From assembly GCA_951406725.2 (NCBI GenBank), contig OX597816.1, positions 82,336,001-82,400,000 on the forward strand: a stretch of DNA of 64,000 bases, given 5' to 3'. Under the pieces are notes generated by a model, which did no database searches, was not told the origin of the DNA, and saw only the letters and a program-made list of their open reading frames with translations. Position numbers and translations under genes: made by a program. Shown one piece after another: positions 28,842 through 40,711 of this stretch. The stretch is from Octopus vulgaris. Lineage: Eukaryota. Within the stretch, counting starts at the first letter, position 1. Each line of letters starts with the position of its first letter.

Positions 28842-30021
28842 TCACATAATGTAATTTTCCTATACCTATGTATCCCCTTTGATAGTAGGTTAACATATAT
28901 TTATTTTCCTTTTGTTTAATGACAAGCTTAGGTTGAAGGCTCAACTCCAGTTTAGTTTTCTGTATTGCATGTTGAAAAGGTTTCCTTTTCCTGCCATCAT
29001 CTGAAAAAACATATTCCAATATCTATGAGCCATATCTTAACAGCACAGCTCATGAGCAATTGTTCTTATATTCATTTTTACATCTGTTTCTCCACACTAG
29101 CATGAGTTAGACAAATATGTTATTGAAGCATTTGTTTTACAGCCAGATAACCTTGTTGATGCTAACTTTTAACTGTCTTTCAAGTAAGGGGCTTCTTATT
29201 CCACATGGCTTTGAAGGCACAAAGTGAGCCAGTGATTTATTAACAGAAGTGCCAACAAGAACATGCAAACATTGTGCCATATGTGTAAGCTAGTGGCAGA
29301 TATAAACAAATACACACATTCATATGGTGGGATTTCTTTAACATTATCTCTTGCTCTTCACAGAGTGAACAAAGAGAATTTCGCCTACCAAGTTGGATGA
29401 CTGAGTGATACTGATGAGATATATAGATATCATACAGACTATAGTAGAGGCTAATATATACAATACACAATTGTCTGAACTTCAACTAAGAAAAGTTATG
29501 AGCTGAGCAAATAATAAAAAAAAATCCTATATTATCATGAAGAAGAAAAAAAGTTGACCTCATTTCAAATTAAAAGTATCATACCATGTTTGTTGCACTT
29601 TCCAACTATAAACAACTTTTAGCTGTTGTTCAAACCTGGCTACAGGATAGTGAAATTCTACTACATGACAACTAATTTTATCCTAACCAAGCAGAGTGCT
29701 AATTTCTGCTGTGAAAAACATGTAAATTTCACATATCTATATCTCTATATCTATATCTATATCTCTATAAATATATCTATATATATATATTGTTTATAAA
29801 AATCTCATTTGCTTGACAAGCAAGTCTTTCATAAAAGTGCTAAATATTTCCTTGTATCATTGTCCTCATCACCTTCCCCATAACTTTAATTTTCATCTTC
29901 TCCATTCTCACACTTCAGTTGTGGAAATTAAAATTTACCCTTCTGGATTCTTGACATGTCTCATCTAGCTATGATCACTGAACATATTACCTGGAATCTC
30001 TCATAAAAAATTCATTCAATT

Positions 30022-30165
30022 CGTTAGGAAGGGCATCCAGCTGTAGAAACATTGCCAAATTAGACTGGAGCCTGGTGCAGCCTTCTGGCTTCCCAGAACC
30101 CCGGTCGAACCGTCCAACCCATGCTAGCATGGAGAACGGACGTTAAACGACGATGATGATGATGA
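30022..30165 (+). mobile_element. Short RTE 3' terminal fragment with (GAT)n tail
   Basis: cgttaggaagggcatccagctgtagaaac...ccatgctagcatggagaacggacgttaaacgacgatgatg. Confidence 0.92.
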
Positions 30166-30363
30166 TATATATATATATATATATATATATCTATATCTAT
30201 ATATCTATATCTATATATCTATATATATATATCTATATATATATATATATCTATATATATCTATATCTATATATCTATATATCTATATATATATATATAT
30301 ATCTATATTTATATATATCTATATATATATCTATATATATCTATATCTATCTATCTATATATA
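30166..30363. repeat. (AT)/(ATCT) compound microsatellite; the same motif occurs at 29733-29788
   Basis: Directly visible. Other simple repeats occur at 14675-14754, 17028-17078, 19786-19822, 34828-34868, 35443-35506, 40120-40157 and 54398-54428. Confidence 0.9.
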
Positions 30364-30364
30364 T

Positions 30365-30537
30365 TTACTCTTTTACTCTTTTACTTGTTTCAGTCATTTG
30401 ACTGCAGCCATGCTGGAGCACCACCTTTTAGTACTTATTCTATCGGTCTCTTTTTGCCGAACCGCTAAGTGACGGGGACCTAAACACACCAGCATCGGTT
30501 GTCAAGCAATGCTAGGGGGACAAACACAGACACACAA

Positions 30538-30568
<31 letters not shown>

Positions 30569-30738
30569 TATATACGACAGGCTTCTTTCAGTTTCCGTCT
30601 ACCAAATCCACTCACAAGGCATTGGTCGGCCCGGGGCTATAGCAGAAGACACTTGCCCAAGATGCCACGCAGTGGGACTGAACCCGCAACCGTGTGGTTG
30701 GTTAGCAAGCTACTTACCACACAGCCACTCCTGCGCCT
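30365..30738 (-). mobile_element. Young tRNA-derived SINE with CORE-like domain (octopus OR-type)
   Basis: Minus strand: ggcgcaggagtggctgtgtggtaag (A box-like), ggttcagtccc (B box-like), cttgggcaagtg (CORE-like), an internal (TG)n tract, and tail ccagcatggctgcagtcaaatgactgaaacaag(taaaagag)n. Confidence 0.85.
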
Positions 30739-31415
30739 ATATATATATATATATAAATAAGAGAGAGAGATAGAGAGAGAATAAAATTCAAACTTTTTTT
30801 TTCAAATTGATATTGTGAGCAAAGATAAAAATAGTTCAATAATACAACAGCTAAATTATTGCTGCACTAGTTGCACACTCATTCTGCTGCCACATGTAGG
30901 AATAAGTTTAATAACCAATAACCAGACAAACTATATTTATGATACTTTGCCTACAACAAAGATCAAAAGTCCAATTATGAATAATAATGTACACAAAGAA
31001 ATGAATTTTTTATGAGAGATTCCAGGTAATATGTTCAGTGATCATAGCTAGATGAGACATGTCAAGAATCCAGAAGGGTAAATTTTAATTTCCACAACTG
31101 AAGTGTGAGAATGGAGAAGATGAAAACTAAAGTTATGGGGAAGGTGATGAGGACAATGATACAAGGAAATATTTAGCACTTTTATGAAAGACTTGCTTGT
31201 CAAGCAAATGAGATTTTTATAAACAATTATTGGTTAGTATCCTTGCTTGGCTAGCAGCTTTCTGGTCATAGATATTAAAAATGTACTGAATAAATTAGGA
31301 GGAAATTTTCTACTTAACACACGCTGGAAAAAAAAAATGTAGATAGTTTGGTATGAAAATATTTCAGGTGTTCTGGTATAAAAAAAATTGAATGACGGGA
31401 AATACAAATGGTTAC

Positions 31416-31517
31416 CTGTAAATGGGGCCATGATGCTTCTAGTGTGGGATCATCTTCTTCTGGGTCAAAATCAGGATTATCATTAGGTGGTAGTGTTCGA
31501 AATATATTACAAGCAAT
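31416..31517 (-). CDS. PPP2R5: Internal coding exon (102 nt, phase 0/0) of PP2A regulatory subunit B' (B56), alpha/beta/epsilon (widerborst-like) clade
   Basis: Manual translation gives [34 protein letters not shown], matching the B56 signature NxFRTLPP...FDPEEDEPTLEAxWPHLQ. Acceptor is ttcttttcag and donor is CAG/gtaacc. It lacks the longer SSNPTGAEF-type loop of the gamma/delta isoforms. Confidence 0.96.
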
Positions 31518-31976
31518 CTGAAAAGAATAAGATTAATGTTAGAAATTGACATTTAAGTATTTCAATGGTATGATGAGAAGTTGGTGGACTAATTACACTG
31601 AATGGATAAAAAACAATTCTGTAAACTTTACCATTTATAAAATTGTACCATTGAATGAAAAGAATATTTAAGATTGCTTAAATGATACGCAATTTAATTA
31701 GTAAAAAATATTCACCTTCGATTAACCATTGACAATACAATCTTGTTCCAAAAAAAATAAATAAAATGAAGTAACATGCTAAAAGGTATCTATATTTATG
31801 AAATGCAAAAATTTCAAATGCTATTTTCTTATTTGACTTCAAATTTTAACAGAGTGGAATAAATCCATTCAATTAATGCCCTTTGTATAAAAAAAATGCT
31901 ATTTTAAAATTATTTACTAAATAAATAGTGAAAGAAACTTTTAAGTAACAACAAAGGATACATCCAACCTTAATTT

Positions 31977-32372
31977 CATTCATTTTATGTCTGTTTTCCC
32001 ATGTTTGCATGGGTTGGATATGTGATTTGAGGCATTGGTTTACAGTTGGATACCCATTCTCACACTAATCTTTACATGTTTTTCAAGTAAGGCACAACTT
32101 ACAATGTTTAAGGTATGAAGTGGTCAAATGATTTGTTGACAGGAGAAACTGACAGCAATAATATCCACCACATTTACTTGTGTGACAGGTGATATTATTG
32201 CAATACAAGTGATTGCAGATGTGCATACACCAATACACACATTTGTGTTCTTTCAATTTCAGTCTATCAAACTCCCTAACATTGGCCTGGGCTATAGAAG
32301 ACACTTGCCCAAGGTGCTGTGTATCCAAAGACCACATGGTTAGGAGGTGAACTTCTCAACCACATAGCCATA
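31977..32372 (-). mobile_element. CORE-like SINE, decayed
   Basis: gggctatagaagacacttgcccaagg and aaccacatagcc, with the RTE-like terminal stem at ~31990-32020. Confidence 0.75.
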
Positions 32373-33311
32373 CTGTCAGTAGTTCTCTAAAGAATAAAAA
32401 TAACTAATGTGATGGACTCTGCTAGAAGGTGAGAAGGTAGAGATGAGAGGATAAAATAAAGTGGATACAGAGATATAGCCAGTTAAGAGAAAGAAACCAA
32501 TAACATGAATAGGATGTGTGTATTTTAAATTTCAGAAGTCTCATGGAAAGTGAAGTTCTGACAGTGTGGAACACAACTGTATATTTGTACAGATATGCTA
32601 GACAGTCAGGCAAGAGAGAATTATCTACAAAGAGTAGATATCAGTTGTGATGGTGTGAATGGACAAAGATGATTTTTAAGCAATTTTTAAAGCAAAACAA
32701 TGAAGAAAAAAAATTTGCAAAATTTTCCTAAAAGTGATATAATATTTAAAAATAAAAAAAAAAATCTCAATTATATTAACTTTTCCTAAGCAAATAATCA
32801 ACAACATTGCAATGTAATTAAATTTCAGAATAAGATAAAAGTTATCATGGATGGCAAAATCAGCGGAGCACTTAACAAAATGTCTAGCGCAAATTCTTTA
32901 TATTCTGTACGTAATATGCCAGGGTTAACATATTGGCGAAATGTTGACTTTCCTCTTCAAATATATGGCCTTGTGTCAATATATGATAATATTACAATTG
33001 AAAACGTGTTGGAAAGGCAGACAATTTACTTATACCTGTTTAGGTTTTGAATTCAGATCCAAAAAGCATTTATTTTGCCACCCATATTTCCAACCCCAGT
33101 AAAAGAAGTTATGCATTGATTTGATTTAGTCAACTCTACCTCTTTTTCAATAATTTCTGGCTCTTTAAATATGGAACAAAATTACATTTGCATTTGTTAT
33201 TTATTATCTATATCATTCTACTAATCACAGCAACTGTTCAAATATTAAGCTATATTTTCAAAGGGAAATAATCTCACTCAATATTCTATCTGTTGTAATC
33301 ATACAAGCATA

Positions 33312-33522
33312 CAGGGTGGCCCAAAAGTAGGTTTACAGTCATCACATAGGCACTTTAAATTTCTTTTACAACATTTTATTACATTTAAATTTCTAACTTA
33401 CAATTAACTAAATTAGCATAGAATAATGGTTTCATATTTTTTATAATTAAAATCCGCTGTTAATATATATGAATGCAAAAGAGATAGTTGACTAACTGTA
33501 AACCTACTTTTGGGCCACCCTG
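33312..33522. mobile_element. Tc1/mariner-type MITE (211 bp) with perfect 28-bp TIRs and TA target duplication
   Basis: TA-cagggtggcccaaaagtaggtttacagt ... actgtaaacctacttttgggccaccctg-TA. Confidence 0.93.
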
Positions 33523-33736
33523 TATATATGGACATGACAGAAGTAAATAGACACACTATAAAACATCATAAGATATATATATTTTTTATTAATTGACATT
33601 TTTATGGTTAAGTTTCTATATGTGACTGTTAGCAAGAAATTTCTGAAGAGAATATTTATCATCCGATCAGCAGTATGCCTAATAAGGTCCTTGCATTGAA
33701 AAATGCAAAGGACATGTCTACTAAACATGTTTAATC

Positions 33737-34717
33737 ATGCCACACACAAAAGAGGCCAAATTTCAAAGAGGTTGTATTGTCAGTCATCTGAAGGTGGACT
33801 TCGCCAGTTTAAAATATCTCAGTAAACCTTGTGATCCCGCTTTCTACAGTTAATAGAATGATTGTGCAATTCACCAGGGAAGGGAAGGAGTCTTCATCAC
33901 CATGTCCAGGTAGACCAGGACTCTTCGCTTTGTGGGATAACCTCATTACAAGGCCTCTGACAAAGCAGAATAAGTTGATGTCAGTCTCATAACAGCTGTC
34001 AGGAATCTCTACAAACTTGGCTACTATGGCAGAGCAGCAAGAAGGAAGCCACTTCGTCGACAAGTCAATATCAAGCAGAGAAGAAACTGGGCCAATGAGA
34101 TTGTGGAGAGGCTACTAGCATTTTGGGACACTGTCATATTCTCCTGATGCGTCCAGATTTGCTATATTTTCTGACAGTGATCGAGTGTGGATCTGGAGAC
34201 TGTGGTTAAGAATTTGATGTGAAATATTGTAGCCAACAATGAGACATGGTGGCTAATCTGTGATGGTCTGGGGAGCAATTTGGATTAATGGTTGATCAGA
34301 GCTGGTGGAGTGTGAGGGAAACATAAACTCAAATATGTGTCCATATTGCAGAAGAGATTCCTCTCAATCTTCTCCAGTGGTGAAATGATTAAAGAAGACT
34401 CTTTATTTATGGAAGATGGGTCTCTTTGTCACACGGCTAAAAAGACCCAAGTTTGGTTGGAAGCAAATGGCATTAAGAAGCTTCCATGGCCAAGCTAGTC
34501 ACCAGATAGGAATCCTATTGAACACATCTGGGGCATAATGGACAGGATACTTCGTTAAAAAAAAAACAAGAAAGTATCCTCAAAGCCAGATCTTTTGAGA
34601 TTACTGCATGAAACTTGGCAAGAAATTTCTGAAGAGAATATTCATCATCCGATCAGCAGTAGGCCTAATAAGGTTCTTGCATTGAAAAATGCAAAGGACA
34701 TGTCTACTAAACATTAG
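33737..34717 (+). pseudogene. Decayed Tc1-family transposase
   Basis: N-terminal HTH-like MPHTKE..FQRGCIV / [13 protein letters not shown], then SVMVWGAI, FMEDGSLCHTAK and LPWPS*SPDRNPIEHIWG (compare WPSQSPDLNPIE), ending AKDMSTKH*. Confidence 0.85.
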
Positions 34718-34818
34718 ATATTCACATTATAATAATCAATAAATAATTTGAATGTATAATTTCAGATTTAAATAAATTTTAATGATTATAAGGGTGTTTA
34801 TTTACTTAAGTCATGTCA

Positions 34819-34868
<50 letters not shown>

Positions 34869-34871
<3 letters not shown>

Positions 34872-35429
34872 TCAGTATGCTTTGCTGGATGTGCAATGTC
34901 AGTGTGTTCGATAGAGTGTAAGCCTCTTGAGAAATCAGATGTGGTGTGCAAGAGAGATGACTGTACTGGTATTGTCATGTAGTATTTATAGACGAGGATA
35001 GCTGTGTAAAGAAGTGCCGATCTTTAACTGTAGTAGGAACCTGTAGCAGAGGTAGATCCAGGAAGACAAAGAACAAGGTGGTGAAGCATGATCTTCGAAC
35101 TTTGAGCCTGACTGAAGCAATGACTAGTGACCAATAACTAGTGATATGCTGTGCTTGAGAGGACCCATCAAGTCAAGCAAAATCACAGTTGTGACAGATA
35201 CCAGTGTGACGCAAACTGGCACCCATGCCGGTGGCATGTAAACGCACCCTGGTGTCACACAAATTGCTCCCATGCTAGTTGCACATAAAAGCGCCCATTA
35301 CACTCTTGGAGCGGTTAGCATTAGGAAGAGCATTTAATCATAGGAAACCATGCCAAATCAGACTGGAGTCTGGTGCAGCCTTCCAGCATGCCAGCCCAGT
35401 CAAACCATCGAACCCATGCCATGATGATG
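34869..35429 (+). mobile_element. RTE LINE 3' fragment inserted between (AT)n tracts
   Basis: Homologous to the RTE ORF end (WMCNVS...WY..H...GR.RK), followed by the terminal UTR and (GAT)n. Confidence 0.85.
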
Positions 35430-35434
35430 TAATA

Positions 35435-35507
<73 letters not shown>

Positions 35508-35849
35508 GAGAGAAAGAGAGATACACACTAATATTGAATGGTAAGAATGAGTGCTCAACGCCATATTGGTGGATAAAAATTCTTTTTTTGTAGGTTAACC
35601 AATGGTCTTCATCTTCGTTTTGGATGAGAATACATGAAGTTACATGAGACTCTACAGGATTTTGAGATAAATAAATATACAAATCGTGGGAGAAATCTTA
35701 ATTGTTGTTCCCCTTGCATATGTTGAAGGATCAATAGTTGATCACATATTCAGTGAAAAACACAGGTAGAGAAGTCATTCTTTCTCACTCAAAAACACAG
35801 ACTGAGTTGCAATAAAAGAAGCAGTGATAGCTCTTTCTAGATAATTTCT

Positions 35850-36260
35850 TCAAGACAGAAAATGAGTGACAACCAACTGCTACCCTATTGAACTTTTGAA
35901 TGCATTCAACCCTTCTAGAAATTCTTTACATGTTATTTTGAAGTTTCAAAACCTGAGCAGTTGTGCCTTTGGGCAATTTATCCAATAAAGACATTGTAAT
36001 GGGACAAGACTCAAGGTCTTCTATTTTCATCAAAATTGTGTCGAAACTTTGACAATAGTACTTTAACAAGAAAAGCACTAAGTGACACAAATTTAACTAC
36101 TAAAATGGAAAGAATTCAATTTCCATTATGATTATCATCTATAATAACTATAAATAAAGCACAAGGTCAGGTTTTCAATAAAAGTAGGAATATATTTACA
36201 GCAGCCAGTGTTCAGGCATGAACAATTATATGTTACTTTTGCTAAAACTCAAAAATTATT
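35850..36260 (+). pseudogene. Helitron PIF1-like helicase remnant
   Basis: Fragments YPIELLNAFNPS, CNGTRL, ITINKAQGQ and KVGIYLQQPVFRHEQLYV. Confidence 0.8.
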
Positions 36261-37737
36261 GGATATTGGAGTTGTAAAAATTATGAGCATGGAATTTTCA
36301 TGGGTCTCATTAATACAATTGTTGTCCAATATAATTGTTATTAATATAATTGTTGTCCAAGTGGTTTTGATACCTAGTTGGAAGTAATTTTCTCTTTTTT
36401 TCTTTAAGGCTTAATCAGAGGTGGAAGGGCAGTATTCATGAATGAGTAGGGGTAGGGGCTCCAACACTGGTAGAAGGGAATAACCCTTCAGACTGGAAAG
36501 ATGGCATGCTTGCAACAAAATGGACTTATTTCCACACTTAAGGTGTTAAGCAGTGGGATCATACAAAACCACTTAATGGTAAAGCACATAGCCTTGTGAT
36601 TACCAACACTTTTCCAATGCCTTGTAGAAAGAAATGGTCATCACAAGTTGTTTTTCACTGCTTCACAAACCTTTAACTTCATACCTATGTAAGCAACAAT
36701 CATCATGAGGTTAAATTGTGACTATGTTGGTTGCAACATATATCCATAGAAAATTACTGAATAGGTAGTTAATTGAATGTTACCTGTTTGTGGTAACAAA
36801 AGAAAGACTTGAAACCAGTCAACCAAAATGATTCACCTTAATATAAACACAGATGTTTATGAGTTGTAATATATAGAAGCAATAGAAAAGGAAAAATTAA
36901 AATAACTTATATTTCAGTGCTTACCAAGCATTTTTATTATGATATGCTCAGCAAAATATTTTTAGAACTTAACAAATCCACAATACAAAATATTCCTTTC
37001 TATTATAGGTACAAGGCCTGAAATTTGGGAGGAGGGAACTAATTGATTACATCCACCCCAGTGGTTGACTGGTAATTATCTTATCAACCTTGAAAGGATG
37101 AAAGGCAAAGTCAACGTTGGTGGTATTTGAACTTAGAATGTAGACAAACAAAATGCCACTAAGCATTTTGTTTGGCATGCTACTACAACACAAAATACTG
37201 GAAACATAAAAGCTGAGATTTTTAGAGAGAAGGAGAGGAAGGCAAGTTGAGTCACGGAAATCTTTTCTAATAGTTTTTGTAAAATTATTTATTAGTGACA
37301 TTAAAGTGAATGCTGATGGCTACACGAAATTGAAGTGATGTTGCAAACTTAAGAATTTACTTCTGCTTAACAACTCTTTTGCCCAACTTATTTGTAGATC
37401 TTATATACATTGTGAAATCAGTACCATGTAAAAAGCAGAGCTATACTTGAAATGTAACTTCTAGCATATTTCTGAAGTAGGCTGTTGTTTCTTTGTATGT
37501 GTATAATTTGTTGATTAATTCAAAAACATTATGAAAAGATACTAGTTTTCTGTGAAGTTAATTCTATTAACTATGTAGCCAATGAAATTCTTTGGATCCA
37601 ACAACAGGCCTAGTGTCTTGGATAGGCAGGCATAAGGTGTTTGATGTGTCTGTGAAGCAAACTTCAACATTTAATCAGGATTCTAGCCATAGGCAGTTCA
37701 ACTGATGCTAAATTCTCAATCATGAAATTGAAAGATT

Positions 37738-37883
37738 CATCATCATCATCATTTAGCATCTGCTTTCCATGCTTGCATGGGTTGGATAGTTCAACTGGGG
37801 TCTGAGAAGCCAGAAGGCTGCACCAGGCCCAGTCTGATCTGGCAATGTTTCTACGGCTGGTTGCCCTTCCTAATGCCAACCAC
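37738..37883 (-). mobile_element. Short RTE 3' terminal fragment
   Basis: (CAT)n followed by the reverse complement of the same terminal domain. Confidence 0.88.
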
Positions 37884-39610
37884 AAAAATTGAATTCATAC
37901 AGAAATGATGTTAGACTTGAAACTCAGTAATTTTTTTCAAGGTTCTACTAAACCAGTATTTGAATGGTTTAAGACTGTCATTCATTTTACACAAAAATTT
38001 TATAATTCTAAACAAAACAAACAGAAACAGTAGTAAATAATAATAAAAATCCATTTAACTTGTATCCAATAAACCAATATTATTCAAAACAAACACATAC
38101 TTCAAAATATTCTTCATTATTAACATAGTAATTGCTCAGCTTGAAGATTCCGAAATGTTTATATTTGAAAGGCATATCACTTCTGGAAATCAATCATTTC
38201 TAAGATTCTTGCATGTAGTTTATATCTGAAAGGCACATCATTTCTGGAAATCGATACTTTTATCTTAATAATACTTTTTGCTTTTATTCCTCAACTTCTC
38301 TCAATGCCCATAGATTTATAAGCAAAAAATACAATATAAGGTGAAAGGAGAGGTGTATGAGAAGTTGAATTTTTTGCCCAAACTAATATCTGATGTCTTA
38401 AGTTAAAGTGTATTGCATTCTGCATTTCAAGGTCACAAACCAATAAATTCATATGCACAACTACTCAAGGTATTGGAGAGAAAGTCATAAGCAAAGGTTA
38501 ACTTAAAAGTGATGACGGGGATGGGTAAACAAATCACAAAATACAACAGTTCAAAAGATCTACAAATACACCACAAAACATACAAATTGGGACTATAACA
38601 GAAATATAAGGTTATTTTATTTAATTATCTACTTTTATCCTTTATTGTTATCAAGAGAGGCCATGATATTAGTGTTCAAGATGTTACACAATTGACTGGC
38701 ATCTCTCTTGTTCAATAGGAGGTCAGTAAGAGGTTCTCCTCTGAAAGGACTAATTCAGCACTGGAAATAATAAAAGACTTATTGGTTACACTTTCACCAG
38801 TTAAATTGATTCAATCAATTGAATAAGTTGTGGAAAATGTTCACTGTGTTTGTAAAGTCAAAATATTTATTTACAAGCAGATAATAGGCAGCAGGAAATA
38901 AAAAGTATATATATATATTGGTAAACTGGTAGATATTATTCTGTGAAAGCAAAGACAAAAGCTAACCACTAACTAGACAAGACACAAAGAGAGAAAAAGC
39001 GACGGTTTACACATGACTGCTGGCAACAAGTGAGAAAGCATTAGAGAATAACAGCCATTTTACTTCTGTTTAACTAGTCAAAAACATAGCTCACAGTTTA
39101 TTTAGTCTCTTATTGGCTAAAATAACACTAGTGACAATAATGTAACTAGACATCATCTGCATAAGATCCACTTCAAATGTTTCATGCCCACTATGCCTGT
39201 CTATTATTTGAAGCCCATAATATTTGTCCATCTATGTTACATATGTGCAGAGAGTAAATTAACTTGCAAAAAATTTAGCGTTTTCATTTGACAGCTCTTT
39301 TATATTTAGACTTGGCCAAATTTGTTAATTATTATACATGAACTAATTGATATTTATCTACAAGTTCTTAATAAGTAATTTTAGTTGTCACCAATCCCAA
39401 TTTGTGATTTGGCTTCAATTCCCAGTTGGAACTAGTTCACTTTCATCAATCACTGTCTCTTTTATAAAACATTAGTGTCAAATATTCCATTTCTCACCTT
39501 ATAAACAGAAAAGCAACATCATACTTATTTAAAAAGCACCAATAAGTAATTCTGAAATGCAAAGTTTAAAAAAAACAAAAAGAATCAACCCCCTCATCTT
39601 TGTAAAATTT

Positions 39611-40117
39611 ATTACCTCTGTCTTAGCGAAGGCGGAAGTATTGTTTTCAGTCATGTTTGTTTGTTTGTTTGTTTGTCTGTGGACAAGATATCTCAAGAAC
39701 CACTAGATGGATCTGGATGAAACTTTCAGGGATGTTTGGCCTTGTAACTGGCATGATCTCATTAGATTTTGAGATCAATCTGGTACCGGACAAAGATTCT
39801 GGATTATTTTCCTGATTTTTAAAACTTTACATATATATATATATAAAGTTTCACATAGTTCTCATGTACATGCACACACATACACTCACACATTTTCAGC
39901 ATTGAACATTACCATTCCATTTTGATTGTGTACACACACACATCTCTCTTTTACACACACGTACTCACACTTCAAACACCGTTTATTGGCTTTTTCATTC
40001 TTTCTTTCGTTATTCATCTATCATCCCTTCTTTTCTCATTCCCTCTCAGTCATAGCTATTACCCTCACAACTTCTCCTTCACCATATTAATATTTCATCC
40101 CCTCTCCCTTCACCTCT

Positions 40118-40159
<42 letters not shown>

Positions 40160-40326
40160 ATTATTTTTCCATTTGAGAGTGGTCGGGTTCATTTTTAGCA
40201 TTCTTGTTTGTGACAGCAGTCCCATTTATTTCAGATATTCTCATTTTAAAAATCATCTCCAGCTAATCATTAAGAGGACGTTGGTGTTGCCTTGGCGGAG
40301 GTTTGCGTTCTCTGAGTGCTCTCGTT
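39611..40326 (+). mobile_element. Helentron-associated (HINE/DINE-1-like) non-autonomous element
   Basis: Starts attacctctgtc...ggcggaagt, contains (GTTT)n, and ends ccttggcggaggt plus a short hairpin gcgttctctgagtgc. These are subterminal inverted repeats and a 3' stem-loop. Confidence 0.75.
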
Positions 40327-40711
40327 GGTTATTAAATTATGTTATTTTAAATAATCACGTAAAAGCTTATGTACATTTCATAGAAATCTATAAACATTTA
40401 AGTTAAAATAATTTCATTTTAAAAATCTGTACACAATTCCAAATTTCACAAAATGAAAAGGAAAGCATCAATATTTTATAAAATGGCTGCATTTATTTTC
40501 TCAATTTCAAAAAAGATCATTTACTCAAAAAACTGCATATTTTTAACTTCAACCACCTTTCATATCTCACAGAATTCCATTTTACAAATAAGTTCGTACA
40601 CTATCATAAACTACTTATCTTTTCAACTGGAAATAGTACTTCCAAAAACAATTCTTATCCTTTTTGACCAACCTACCTCACTGTAAGTAAGATAACATAT
40701 TGTCCAACATG

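Larger units (their letters stand above)
29789..31227. repeat. 228-bp inverted repeat, arms 29789-30016 and 31000-31227, with a 983-bp spacer
   Basis: Compared by eye, the arms are reverse complements with one mismatch (29889 versus 31127). Confidence 0.95.
9602..31415 (-). other. PPP2R5: 21.8-kb GT-AG intron of the B56 gene; the flanking introns (1-9508 and 31518-64000) appear to run beyond the window
   Basis: The two exons splice in frame. I could not find the expected neighbouring exons (the LL.LFDSEDPRERD exon, or the upstream exon ending in Met) by eye. Confidence 0.85.

Noticed and set aside
29889-29889. Single mismatch in the inverted copy as a fossil of A-to-I editing
   Set aside because: The copy has A where the source has G in transcript sense, the opposite of what reverse-transcribed inosine would give.
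38140-38255. Short ~61-bp tandem duplication (similar case at ~59420-59585)
   Set aside because: Two diverged copies only, consistent with ordinary local slippage.
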